Of a stretch of 64,000 bases of DNA, positions 36,437-46,285 are shown in pieces; within the stretch, counting starts at the first letter, position 1, and each line of letters begins with the position of its first letter. The notes beneath the pieces were generated by a model, which saw nothing but the letters and a program-made list of their open reading frames with translations, was not told the DNA's origin and searched no databases. The DNA comes from Pseudomonadota bacterium (GTDB taxonomy: Archaea; Thermoplasmatota; SW-10-69-26; JACQPN01; JAJPHT01): positions 1 to 64,000 of the forward strand of contig JAJPHT010000027.1 in NCBI GenBank assembly GCA_021325135.1, given 5' to 3'. The position numbers were made by a program, and so were the translations under genes.

Positions 36437-37548
36437 AGCTCCGCGGCAGCGACCAGCTCTCCGCGCTCCTCTCCGGGCGCCTCGACAACGTCACGCCCGA
36501 GGACATGCAGCTCCTCCTCCTCACCCTGGGCGGCGAACTGGCCGACCGCATGGTGGACGCCCACCTCGGAGAAGGCGTCGAGCTGAGCCCCCTTCAGGAG
36601 CTTTACGTCCGCGAGCGCCTGCGCGTCTTCAGCGAAGCCCCCGACACCAGCGACACGATCCGCCTCTTCCGCGCCCTGGAGACCAACATTACCTCCACAG
36701 TGCGCGCGCACCATGCCTGGCGCCACGAAAGGCAAGGCAACGTCGTCTGGCAGTTCAGCGGCGGCACCGGCACCGGCAAGAGCAGCGCCATGCTCGCCCT
36801 CCTGGAGACCTTCAATCGCGTCCAGCCCGACGATCTACGCCGCCACGTCACCATCGACGTGCCCCACCTCCCCCAGCTCCTCCCCCAACTCTCTCGCGGC
36901 AGCGGCGTCGCCGTGGACGAGCAATCCAAGGCGACAGGCGAGGGCTCCGTCACCCAAGAGAAGGTCCTCCAGAATATCGAAGACCAGATTCGCTTCTCAG
37001 AAATCGATATCTATTGGGCCAGCCCCGAAGGCGAGGACCACGCGACCAGCCAAGGAGAGTTCGTCGCCTTCGGCGCCAACCGGCGCGAACGATACACTAG
37101 ATTCCTCGTCTACCTCCACGACCTGCCCCTCGGCTACGCGAATCTCCCCTGGTGCAGCGACGCCATGTGGACCGCCTACCTCCCGATCAAGAAGGAGAAC
37201 GTCGAGCGCGCGCTGCGCGCCGCGTTCAAGGACACCGAATGGCTGGACGAGGTCGTGCGTCGCCTCTTCGACCTGGAGGCCGTCCAGAAGGCGTGCGGCG
37301 TCCGCAAGCTCAAGACGCCCGACTGGCGCCGCGTGCTCAAGCGCCACGCCTCCATGCTCAACGTCAGCCAAATCCAAACCGTCGCCGAAGAAATCGAGTT
37401 CATGCTCGACACGCTGCTCATCAAGCCCAACGACTTCGCCGCCATCTACGGCTGGGACCCCACGCCCAATATGCTCAAGGCCGCCGCGCTCAACGCCAAG
37501 AAGATCACGACCCGCAGAGAGGAACCCCATGACGACGAATCCACTTGA
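36433..37548 (+). CDS. P-loop ATPase (putative genome extrusion or assembly ATPase)
   Basis: Walker A GGTGTGKS; Walker B VAVDE; ATGA overlap with Rep. Confidence 0.8.
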   Translation: MKLRGSDQLSALLSGRLDNVTPEDMQLLLLTLGGELADRMVDAHLGEGVELSPLQELYVRERLRVFSEAPDTSDTIRLFRALETNITSTVRAHHAWRHERQGNVVWQFSGGTGTGKSSAMLALLETFNRVQPDDLRRHVTIDVPHLPQLLPQLSRGSGVAVDEQSKATGEGSVTQEKVLQNIEDQIRFSEIDIYWASPEGEDHATSQGEFVAFGANRRERYTRFLVYLHDLPLGYANLPWCSDAMWTAYLPIKKENVERALRAAFKDTEWLDEVVRRLFDLEAVQKACGVRKLKTPDWRRVLKRHASMLNVSQIQTVAEEIEFMLDTLLIKPNDFAAIYGWDPTPNMLKAAALNAKKITTRREEPHDDEST

Positions 37549-37882
37549 CGCCCCGATCCAGAATAGCCCCGTGCTCCAGCTCGCCGAGAAGGACGACGCG
37601 CTCTACCGCGCGCTGCGCGACACGATGAGCACGGCGCCCGACCCGAACCTCCTGCTATCGAACCTGAACCCCGGTGAGTCCGAGGACGTGGCCTCCATGC
37701 TCGCGTTCTTTCACGGCACCGGCAGCGAACACCTCGTCCGCTGGGGCAATGCTTACCTCCTCGCCCGCCGGGCCGAACGTGGCAACTTCTTCAAACAATT
37801 CATCGCCACCGTCAAAAGCATTGGGCGAGCAGACCATTCCGCAAGGAGCGGAATTTTCGGCTTACGCAGGGGAGGCGCGTGA
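37529..37882 (+). CDS. Small helical protein coupled to the ATPase
   Basis: GAGGA SD; overlaps the ATPase end. Confidence 0.6.
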   Translation: MTTNPLDAPIQNSPVLQLAEKDDALYRALRDTMSTAPDPNLLLSNLNPGESEDVASMLAFFHGTGSEHLVRWGNAYLLARRAERGNFFKQFIATVKSIGRADHSARSGIFGLRRGGA

Positions 37883-37925
37883 GGCGGCGACTACAGTTGA
37901 CGCAACGTGGGTCGTAAGACGGGCA

Positions 37926-37961
37926 GGGGGAAAGAAAAGGAGGGGCCGCCGTCCGCGGCCC
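37926..37961 (-). terminator. Hairpin plus pyrimidine-tract terminator for the minus-strand cargo
   Basis: GGGCCGC/GCGGCCC stem followed by CCTTTTCTTTCCCCC on the minus strand. Confidence 0.45.
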
Positions 37962-37971
37962 GTTATGCCGA

Positions 37972-38226
37972 TTAGAGGATGTCAGTCAGCCCAGGGCGCT
38001 GGCAGTTGAGAACGGAGATAGTGCATCGGTCGTTGCAGTAGCCCGCGTTGATCGTGCAGCTTCCGTTGCTGTCACAGTAGCCCAGGTTCACCTCGCAGCT
38101 GCCCCGACACGTACCGACGGTGAGGAAGCAGCTGCCGGCGTCAGCGACCGAGGTGAGGCCGCCTGCGATCATGCCGACGCTGGTCAGGAGGAAGCCGGTA
38201 AGGATTGCTTTGGTGATGACGTTCAT
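37972..38226 (-). CDS. Secreted 8-Cys repeat peptide
   Basis: Signal ending ADA; four C-x6-C repeats (GSCxxxxGxC). Confidence 0.7.
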   Translation of the reverse strand: MNVITKAILTGFLLTSVGMIAGGLTSVADAGSCFLTVGTCRGSCEVNLGYCDSNGSCTINAGYCNDRCTISVLNCQRPGLTDIL

Positions 38227-38444
38227 TGAGTTACCCTCTCCCGAAGAGAATGGGGTAGCCGTTACAGTTCGCGAGGATGGGAATAACGTATTGGAGTAAA
38301 ACTGTGAACGCGGCATCGAAATTCAGGAGTAACGTTGAACCCTATCCGGGTCGCCGGAGTCCTTTAGCTCATGCACGCCGCGATCATGAGCGGCGGAAGA
38401 GCCGGTTAAGCGCACAGCCCCGGCCTCATTGGGCTCTGGAGGAG

Positions 38445-39161
38445 CTAGCCCCAACCTGCCACAAGACGGTCTCTGAACCGCGGGTCTCCCATCATGTGGT
38501 TCCGAACTGAGTTCAAGAAGTGGTCCGTGTGGTGGATCTTCCGCAACACGTCCAACGACTCCGATCCCGTGAGGCCGACACGTTCTTCGACTTTCCACCG
38601 AGGGTGAAAGTCGGCGATCCAGTTCACGCAATTCAATGTGAAGCTTCCACCCTTGATCGGCGTACTCCAGGGAATGACGTAGAATTCGTCCACAAGCCGA
38701 TCCAGTTCCTTTCCTCGCTTGGCGTTCGCTTCATTGGTCTCCTGTGGCAATCTTCGGAGGATGCCGGGGTCGAGTACGATCCCCGCCCAGTCCTGCGCTT
38801 CCTCGATTTCGTAAGCGCGGTTCATCGCTTTCCCCAAGAAAGTCTCGCCTTCATGAGAGAATTCTCCAGCCGCGATGCCTCCACGCAACGCGAACCCTTG
38901 GCGCAGCGCCGAGCCCATGAGCTTGCTGGAGAACGCGATAATCTGCTCCAGGTTTCCGGCCTCGATACCTTCGGTGTAACCGAGAATCGAGTCGCTAAAC
39001 TGGATCGACTTGCAATTCAGTCCCATCGCCATAAGGCTCGCCTTTCCTCTGAGAACGCGCATTTCCAAGGCCAGAGGCGAAAGGTCCTTGGTTTTCACTA
39101 ATTCGCGGAACCCGAGAATGTCGAAGAAGGCAACGTAGCTGGGCCGCTCGCTGTCTGCCAT
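38445..39161 (-). CDS. Stand-alone class III nucleotide cyclase-like protein
   Basis: AFFDILGF, FSDS, LRGGIAAG, GKAMNRAYEIE; lower GC. Confidence 0.75.
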   Translation of the reverse strand: MADSERPSYVAFFDILGFRELVKTKDLSPLALEMRVLRGKASLMAMGLNCKSIQFSDSILGYTEGIEAGNLEQIIAFSSKLMGSALRQGFALRGGIAAGEFSHEGETFLGKAMNRAYEIEEAQDWAGIVLDPGILRRLPQETNEANAKRGKELDRLVDEFYVIPWSTPIKGGSFTLNCVNWIADFHPRWKVEERVGLTGSESLDVLRKIHHTDHFLNSVRNHMMGDPRFRDRLVAGWG

Positions 39162-39388
39162 TATCTCGGAAGCGGTCGACGCGCGGATAAAGGGCAGTCC
39201 TGGCGCGAGGCACCCTGCGCGCCCACGCACCCAACGCGGGCGTAGCAACGACTTCGGGAGTTGCTATCACCGCCGAGACGCACCAGACGCCGCCGCGTTG
39301 GATCGGCGCCCCGCGAAAAGCCTCCACACGCGACACACCTCCTCCGGCAAAACTCGGGGCGCCGGTCCTGCGCGACAGGAAGCCTCCC

Positions 39389-39865
39389 ATGAAGGAAAGC
39401 CTGTCTCGAAGAATCGCGCCGCGCACCCTCCTTGGCCTCCTGGGCCTGGGCCTGGTGCTTGTGGCGATGGGCACGGCGCAGGCCGCGCCCACGGTGAACG
39501 TGAGCAAGACTTTCGGCCTCGAACCCGGCGATTGGGTCCTTGTCCAGGCGACCGGCTTCGCCGCCAACGGCAACATTACGATTGCCATTGACGGCGTGCA
39601 GGCCTACTCGGGCAGGGCCGACGCCAACGGGGCCCTCACGCAGAGTGTCCAGGTTCCCTACACCGCCAAGGCCGGGTACACGAAGCTGACCGTCACGGAC
39701 AACGTCAACAGCGTGGACGTGAGCATCCAGGTCAAGGGCTCGATGGAGAGCTTCGTGGAGACGATGCAGAGCATGACGCCGCTCGCGAAGATCGTGGTGT
39801 CCATCTTCATCATCTTCCTGCCCGTGCTCATCGGCGTGGGCATCTGGCATTGGTGCCGCACCTAA
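39389..39865 (+). CDS. Signal peptide, Ig-like domain and C-terminal amphipathic/TM helix (coat protein candidate)
   Basis: TAQA^AP; PGDWVLVQATGFAAN...ADANG; KIVVSIFIIFLPVLIGVGIWHWCRT. Confidence 0.7.
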   Translation: MKESLSRRIAPRTLLGLLGLGLVLVAMGTAQAAPTVNVSKTFGLEPGDWVLVQATGFAANGNITIAIDGVQAYSGRADANGALTQSVQVPYTAKAGYTKLTVTDNVNSVDVSIQVKGSMESFVETMQSMTPLAKIVVSIFIIFLPVLIGVGIWHWCRT

Positions 39866-39922
39866 ACGCGCACCCCCTGGGGCCGCAAGGCCCCGCCTCT
39901 CTTCCTCATCCAAGGTGCTCCC

Positions 39923-40270
39923 ATGACCTCCACCCCTTCCGTTCCCAAGAACGCGCAGCTGCGCGGCCTCATCACCATCTGGACGATCCTCGCCACCAGC
40001 GCGAGCCTCGACGTGCTCATGACCCTCCTCGCCGCCACCAGCATCCCCAGCTTCCGCGAGGAGAACGCCATCGCCCGCGCCGCCCTCCACGCCGGCCTCC
40101 TGCCCTTCCTCCTGCTCAAGGCCGCCGGGCTCGCTTTCAGCCTCCTCGCCGCGCTCTACCTCCTGCGCCACGGCTACGCCGCGAAAGTCGAACGCCTCCT
40201 CACCGCCTGGTGCATCCTCTACGGCTCGCTCAACGCCGTGAGCGCCCTCCAGCTCCTCGGAGGCCTCTGA
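39923..40270 (+). CDS. DUF5658-like small membrane protein
   Basis: LDVLMT...EENAIAR...LLLKA; three TM segments. Confidence 0.6.
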   Translation: MTSTPSVPKNAQLRGLITIWTILATSASLDVLMTLLAATSIPSFREENAIARAALHAGLLPFLLLKAAGLAFSLLAALYLLRHGYAAKVERLLTAWCILYGSLNAVSALQLLGGL

Positions 40271-42888
40271 TGCACACCCGCCGCGCGATCCTCGTCCTCT
40301 TCCTGCTCCTCGTGCCCGGCCTCGCGGGCCTCGACTGGATCACGAAGACCGCGCAGGCCGCCATCCCGTACACCGACGCCGACTACGAAATCTTCGGACA
40401 ACTCCAAGTCCCCGCCAGCAGCGGAAGCCTCGGCGGAGGCTCCTGCTGCCCCACCAGCAGCGGCGTCACGCTCACCTCGGGCGTCTCCTACTACTTCTAC
40501 GTCGCCACGAACCAGGGCAACAGCATCAGCGCGTGCATCAGCAGCGCGAGCAACAGCGCGACGTGCGACGTGGTCCAGGCCAACGCCAACGGCGCCGTCG
40601 TCACGGCGGGCCCGAAGGTCTCGAAGGCCGACCTCGTGCTCAGCGCCAACGTCACCGCCTCCCCCTTCACCCACGACTACATGATCCTCAAGGTCACGAT
40701 GGCGCAGAGCGTGACCAGCTACTTCCAGAGCACGGGCAGCCCCAACAACAACTTTGGCGCCAGCTGGGTCCTTCCACCCGGCGCGGCGGGCTCGCAGAAC
40801 TCCCGCACCGGCATCCTCGGCTTCATCGGGGAGTGGTGCTACGGCGTCTCCTCCTGCCCGGGCACGACCGCCGGCTACGTCCTCCTCGCCTCGACACCCA
40901 CCCAGCTCAGCGAGAACGGCATCCTCTCGACCGAGACCACCAAGACGCCCACCTCCTCGCAGTTCCAATGGAGCCAGATCGCCGAGGGCGGCGCCCTCGT
41001 GAGCGCCAGCGGCACGGGCGCGGGCAACATGAACAGCGTCGATTGGGCGCAGAGCTTCAGCGCCGACACCACGAAGGGCGCATACCTGAGCCTCGCCACC
41101 TGGCGGCAGACCTTCGCCAGCGCGTGCAGCGGGACCTTGAGCGTCAGCATCGCCAAGACCCTCACGAGCCCTTGGGACACGACGCAAGAGTTGGCGAACC
41201 TCACCGCGACGATCACCAGCACCGCCACGACCGGAAGCAACGCCCTGGTGACCATCGACTGGCTCAACGGCCTGATGAGTAGCGACAACGCGCAGCTCAC
41301 CTTCGGCACGACCTCGTACAGCGTCGCCGGCCAGAGCAACGTCAGCCTGGGCGCCCTCGCGCCCCCCATCCAGAGCGGGACGTACTACCTCCACGTCCGC
41401 GACACCAGCTGCACCACCGCCTTGGTCGCCTCGCCCTCGTACTACTCAGGGGGCGACGTCTGGAAGCTCGTCAGCGGAACATGGACGGAAAGCAGCAGCC
41501 TCGACGTGCAAGCCCTGGCGCTGAAGGTCTACGGCGGCACGACCACGATTTGGAATCTGCCCGCCACGCCGGGCAACGTGGGCGGCGCCTTCTACGTCTA
41601 CGTCAAGGAGACGATCAAGGACACGGACCCCCAGCGGTACACGTTCACGACCAGCTGGGGCGGCGCAGCACGCGCCACCGGTTGGCAAGAGGCGGGTGGA
41701 ACCGCCACGACAACGGAGACCTGCCGCACCTTCGTCGGCATCATCACCATCCGGATGTGCAGCATCGGCCCCACATGGACCTCCTGCGCCGACAACAGCT
41801 GCTACGTCATCCAAGAATGGCGCCTGGGCTACCTGTCGTACCCGTGGAACCAGACCGCCACGCTCACCGTCACGCTCGACACGACCGGAAGCGGACGGAA
41901 CCTCCTCTATGCCGGCACCTTCACCGGAACGCAGCCCGCCCACCCGCACCTCAACGACCCCACCTTCACCGCGACGGGCCAGAACGGCCTCAAGACGTAC
42001 AGCCTCGTCTCGACGGACGACTACTACACCAGCGCGGCGTTCACCGTCTACGAATGCGCCGACGCCTCCTGCTCCACCTTCGGCGCCCCCGCGCCCAGCG
42101 CCGCGTGGAGCGCGACGATCAAGAGCTTCAGCACGCGCAACCTCGCCGGCAACCTCGACGCCAACGCCACGTTCACCATCACCGGCCAGGACCTCTCCGG
42201 CTCGACGGTCACCCTCGCGCTCACCGGCAACGGCTACGAGCCCACCAGCTGGACCATCCGCCCCCCGAACTCCGGCCTCTACTCCTACAAGCTGGGCCTC
42301 GGCAAGCTGGGCCAGACCAGCGGCACGCTGCCCACCCTCAACCAGCCGACCATCACGTTCTCGGGCAACACGACGCGGATCATCCCCGACCGCCTCTGGA
42401 TCAACCTCACGCGCAGCCGCAGCGCGAACCTCTTCGTCGGCATGGACCACGCCGACCCCGTCACCGGCGGCTGGACGCCCAACGTCGTCCCCGCCATCCC
42501 CTGGCTCGCCAGCGACACCAACCAGTTCCAGGTCCTCTACCCCAACCGCGCCAAGAGCAGCATCGCCGACGAAGGCCTCTACCTCGTGTGGGTGATGAAC
42601 GAAACGGGCACCGTCATCGCCTACCAGAAGGCCTTCGTAGAGCCCGCGGACGCCAACTGGACCCAGGACGACGCATCGATCACGCCCGACGTGCTCCGCC
42701 GCGTCAGCAGCACGGGCTACCTGAGCGCCAGCGAGGCCTTCCAGGACCAGCTCCAGGCCAGCCTCCTCCAAGAGCGAAGGACCACGCGCGACATGATCTA
42801 CGAGGACTTCCAGAACGTCCACAACTACGGCTGGTGGTTCGTCGGCCTCCTCTTCCTCCTCGCCGTCATCCGTGCCTTCCGGAGGTAG
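40270..42888 (+). CDS. Large Ser/Thr-rich beta protein with signal peptide and C-terminal TM (spike/adhesin candidate)
   Basis: 872 aa; many N-x-S/T sequons; WWFVGLLFLLAVIRAFRR anchor. Confidence 0.75.
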   Translation: MHTRRAILVLFLLLVPGLAGLDWITKTAQAAIPYTDADYEIFGQLQVPASSGSLGGGSCCPTSSGVTLTSGVSYYFYVATNQGNSISACISSASNSATCDVVQANANGAVVTAGPKVSKADLVLSANVTASPFTHDYMILKVTMAQSVTSYFQSTGSPNNNFGASWVLPPGAAGSQNSRTGILGFIGEWCYGVSSCPGTTAGYVLLASTPTQLSENGILSTETTKTPTSSQFQWSQIAEGGALVSASGTGAGNMNSVDWAQSFSADTTKGAYLSLATWRQTFASACSGTLSVSIAKTLTSPWDTTQELANLTATITSTATTGSNALVTIDWLNGLMSSDNAQLTFGTTSYSVAGQSNVSLGALAPPIQSGTYYLHVRDTSCTTALVASPSYYSGGDVWKLVSGTWTESSSLDVQALALKVYGGTTTIWNLPATPGNVGGAFYVYVKETIKDTDPQRYTFTTSWGGAARATGWQEAGGTATTTETCRTFVGIITIRMCSIGPTWTSCADNSCYVIQEWRLGYLSYPWNQTATLTVTLDTTGSGRNLLYAGTFTGTQPAHPHLNDPTFTATGQNGLKTYSLVSTDDYYTSAAFTVYECADASCSTFGAPAPSAAWSATIKSFSTRNLAGNLDANATFTITGQDLSGSTVTLALTGNGYEPTSWTIRPPNSGLYSYKLGLGKLGQTSGTLPTLNQPTITFSGNTTRIIPDRLWINLTRSRSANLFVGMDHADPVTGGWTPNVVPAIPWLASDTNQFQVLYPNRAKSSIADEGLYLVWVMNETGTVIAYQKAFVEPADANWTQDDASITPDVLRRVSSTGYLSASEAFQDQLQASLLQERRTTRDMIYEDFQNVHNYGWWFVGLLFLLAVIRAFRR

Positions 42889-42891
42889 CCC

Positions 42892-44016
42892 ATGCGCGCC
42901 CACCTCCTCGTCTTCCTCGTCCTCGTCGTGCTCCTCGCGCCCACGACGCGCGCCGACGACCTCTCGGGCAGCGCCCACCTCGTCCACGTCACGGACACCG
43001 CGAAGCACAGCGCCGGGGGCGACTCGGACGTGACCTACGCCGACTACCAGTTCACATTCAGCGGCAACGCCCCCGACCCCAACGCAGCCAATCCTTCGGA
43101 TCGCGTGGGCGGCGCCTGGCTCCTGCTCAACGTGAACCACAAGTACCACAGCGGCGGCTTCCTCAAGGAGGGCATTGACGAGACGAACGCCGTCTCGTAC
43201 ACCTTCACCTACAACGACGTGACGATCCTCTACCAGACCAACCTCCACGTCGAGACGCCGCACCGCGGATTCAGCCTCCAGACGCTCCAGGACTGGGCCA
43301 GCGGCGTCAAGGCGCAGATGACCGTCCACTTCGTCGTTTACGTGAACAACACGCGCCTCAACGACGACACCGAGTCCTTCCCCATCTGGAGCTTCCTCCC
43401 CACCTCGATCCCCGACACGCGCTTCTGGCTGAAGCAAGAGAACAGCACGTTCACCCTCACGCCCGACTTCGACGGGCGCATCCTGCTGCCCCGTTTCTTC
43501 AGCAGCGAACCCGCCGATTCTCCTGGACGCGTCGTTCTGGAGAACCAGACGTTCAATCGGCTGGAGATCCGCGTCAGCAGCCAGCTCACCCTCGGTACGG
43601 TGAGCCTCGCCTACGGCTTCGTCAAGGCCGGCGAGACCCCCTCGTGGACGCTCGGCAGCCTTCTCACGGACGCGGTGACCACCCTCGGCGGCCTCCTGGG
43701 TGGCTTCCTCAACAAAATGCTAGACTTCGTCTTCGGCTTCGTTCCCCAAGGCGACAAGATCATCCTCGTGAAGGACTTCGTCAACGAGCTCGTCGGCGAC
43801 GCCTACGAGGTCTTCCTCCAGGACCCGCTCCTCTTCTGGCACGTCGTCATCATCGTGAGCCTCAGCTACGGGCTCCTCCTTTTCATCGACCCCATGTTCA
43901 AGCACCTCTTCCACGGCCTCTGGATGCCCGTGCGCGCCGTCTGGTGGATTCTCAAGGGCCTCTGGATGATCTTCTTCTGGCTCGCCCAATTTGCCATCAG
44001 CAAACTCGCTCCTTAG
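42892..44016 (+). CDS. Putative virion membrane protein
   Basis: Signal peptide; beta domain; long C-terminal amphipathic/TM region. Confidence 0.7.
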   Translation: MRAHLLVFLVLVVLLAPTTRADDLSGSAHLVHVTDTAKHSAGGDSDVTYADYQFTFSGNAPDPNAANPSDRVGGAWLLLNVNHKYHSGGFLKEGIDETNAVSYTFTYNDVTILYQTNLHVETPHRGFSLQTLQDWASGVKAQMTVHFVVYVNNTRLNDDTESFPIWSFLPTSIPDTRFWLKQENSTFTLTPDFDGRILLPRFFSSEPADSPGRVVLENQTFNRLEIRVSSQLTLGTVSLAYGFVKAGETPSWTLGSLLTDAVTTLGGLLGGFLNKMLDFVFGFVPQGDKIILVKDFVNELVGDAYEVFLQDPLLFWHVVIIVSLSYGLLLFIDPMFKHLFHGLWMPVRAVWWILKGLWMIFFWLAQFAISKLAP

Positions 44017-44026
44017 GAGGACCCCC

Positions 44027-45271
44027 ATGCACCGCGCCCTTCCCCTCCTTGCGCTCATCCTCCTTGCAGGCCTCCTCCTTGTCCCCCTGGCCCAGGCCAC
44101 ATGGAACACGACCACGAGCGTCCCGAGCAGCTTCCGCCCGGGGCGTAGCGTCACCTTCTCCTACACCGCGCAGAGCACTAGCGGCACCGACCTGCCTCTT
44201 CAATGGGGCGTCCGCCTCCTGACGTGCCGCGACTCGAACGCGGATGCCATCTGCTCCCCGAGCGACGCGAGCTACACCGACCGCGGCGAACAGACCCTGA
44301 GCCTCAGCGCCTCGCAGAGCGGCACCCTCAGCTGGACCGTCAACGAGCCCGGCCCCGAGGGGACGTACACCTACAACTTCAACACGCGCTGCACGGCCAC
44401 GCCCTGCACCAGCCAGCCCGCCGGCGGCAGCGCCGACAAGCACGGCACCTACAGCGTCCAGTATACGAACACCTGGACGCGCACGCTCACCGTCCCCTCG
44501 ACCGCGCCCACCGGCACCACGCAGACTGTCTCCTACCAGCTCACCAGCACCAGCGTGGACGACTTCCCCCTCAGCGGCACCGCGACGCTCTACAGCCGCC
44601 CCGCCGGCGGCACGGAGACGCCCGAGACCGCCAAGCCCTACAGCGTCGCCGCCAACAACCAGGTGACCCTCACCTGGAACGTCGCCTTCAGCAGCCTGGG
44701 CCCACAGCAGGAACGCCTCAACGACACGTTCCGCGCGGACCTCTTCGCCAACGCGACCGTCTTCGTGGTCCACCTCCATGTCCAGCAGCCCCGCGCCGTC
44801 TACGCGCCCAGCAGCATCTGGAGCCTCTACCTGACCTTGGAGGGCCACAACGGCGGAACGCTCCCCGTCGCGCTCGGCGGCCCCGTCACGATCAACCTGC
44901 GGAACAGCTCCTTCCTCGTGGGCACGACGATGCCCACCACGGACGCCAACGGCCAGGCCTACGTCAGCTTCGTGGGCGCCGCCGACAGCACGATCCTCAA
45001 CTGGACCGCCAACGCCACCGGCACCTGGCTGGGCTACACCTACGCCGTGACCGCGACGGGCAGCGTCACGTTCCAGAACCAGACCCCGCCGGACCTCTCC
45101 GGCAACGTCACGCAGCTCCAGCAGAGCGTGGACGACCTGGCTCTCCACGGCGTCCACCTGGACAACCTGGGCCAGCACGACCTCCTCCTCACCACCGGCA
45201 AGGCCGCCCTCGCGGCCCTCGCGTTCACCGGCGTCCTCGCGCTCGTCATCGTGATCGCCACGCGGTTCTGA
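44027..45271 (+). CDS. Ig-like repeat protein with C-terminal TM (putative virion protein)
   Basis: AGGAGG SD; signal ending AQA; short coiled segment, then TM. Confidence 0.72.
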   Translation: MHRALPLLALILLAGLLLVPLAQATWNTTTSVPSSFRPGRSVTFSYTAQSTSGTDLPLQWGVRLLTCRDSNADAICSPSDASYTDRGEQTLSLSASQSGTLSWTVNEPGPEGTYTYNFNTRCTATPCTSQPAGGSADKHGTYSVQYTNTWTRTLTVPSTAPTGTTQTVSYQLTSTSVDDFPLSGTATLYSRPAGGTETPETAKPYSVAANNQVTLTWNVAFSSLGPQQERLNDTFRADLFANATVFVVHLHVQQPRAVYAPSSIWSLYLTLEGHNGGTLPVALGGPVTINLRNSSFLVGTTMPTTDANGQAYVSFVGAADSTILNWTANATGTWLGYTYAVTATGSVTFQNQTPPDLSGNVTQLQQSVDDLALHGVHLDNLGQHDLLLTTGKAALAALAFTGVLALVIVIATRF

Positions 45272-45655
45272 GAAACGCCCGACGACGACCGCACCGCAGC
45301 CGGTTGGGCCCGCTCGGCGAAGCCTATTGCCGCGCCGCGATGCCAACGGCGACGAGCCAAGCCAAGAGCAGGAGGCGTGCGAGCATCGAGGGATCGAGGA
45401 AGGCGATCATGGGACCCAACAGTGACGGTGATGCCCGCGCATCCTTGCGCGCGCTTGTCACCCGGCAGCAACCGGGCAAGTCTTCCCCGTTGACTCGACC
45501 CGTTCGGTTCTGACCCCTTGCCCGATAGCGAGGAAGGTTGTGAATCGAGTCGGAGCCACCTTTGGCCTCCCTTGCTCCGAGTGGTCGGGAGCCCACGCGC
45601 CCACAAGACGAACCTCCGGAGCGTTGAGGGCGCCCGACGCGCACGAGAGGCGCGC

Positions 45656-46279
45656 ATGGTCTCCATCACCGGCAAGCAGTTCTGCATCATCCTGACCCCC
45701 GAGGGCCCGCTCAAGTTCAAGTTCCTGGAGAAGGAGCACGGCCTCCTCCACGACCGCAAGGAGAAGAAGTCCTACGCCATCGTCCGCGAGGCCCGCCCCA
45801 CCAACTGGCCCCGCCGCTTCGCCAGCGTCTACCTCGTCCACGAGAGCAGCGCGCAGACCATCGACCTCAACGGCGAGCAGGTCACGATCCACGGCGCCAC
45901 CGTCCGCATCCTCGACCCCCTCCGGATGGTCGCCAAGGTCCAGCTCCCCCGCGAGCTTGGCGGGGACGGCGTGGAGCGCGAAATCAACCTCACCGCGGAG
46001 GCGATCTTCGACCGCACCAAGAGCACACAACTGCGCCGCCTCTCGAACCGCCGCTTCCAATGGTACCACGTCCTCCTCTTCGTCTCCCTGGGCTTCACCA
46101 TCGGCGTGGGCCTCCTCACCGGCATCTTCCTGGCCGGCGGCGGCGCGCACGCCGCGCCCGCGCCCGCGGACCACCCCGCGGTCTATGTCCCCGTGACCCC
46201 GCCCACGGGCGCGCAGAGCGGCCCCGTCAGCCCCACGCCCGCGACGCCCACCGTGCCGACGCCCGCCCCCGCCGGGTGA
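45656..46279 (+). CDS. Bitopic membrane protein (cytoplasmic domain, TM, Pro-rich tail), putative assembly factor
   Basis: WYHVLLFVSLGFTIGVGLLTGIFL TM; degenerate paralog at 47514-47912. Confidence 0.7.
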   Translation: MVSITGKQFCIILTPEGPLKFKFLEKEHGLLHDRKEKKSYAIVREARPTNWPRRFASVYLVHESSAQTIDLNGEQVTIHGATVRILDPLRMVAKVQLPRELGGDGVEREINLTAEAIFDRTKSTQLRRLSNRRFQWYHVLLFVSLGFTIGVGLLTGIFLAGGGAHAAPAPADHPAVYVPVTPPTGAQSGPVSPTPATPTVPTPAPAG

Positions 46280-46285
46280 GACCCA

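Noticed and set aside
36433-46279. Conjugative T4SS (VirB4/VirD4)
   Set aside because: ATPase is only 371 aa and no coupling protein or VirB6-like gene is recognisable; not fully excluded
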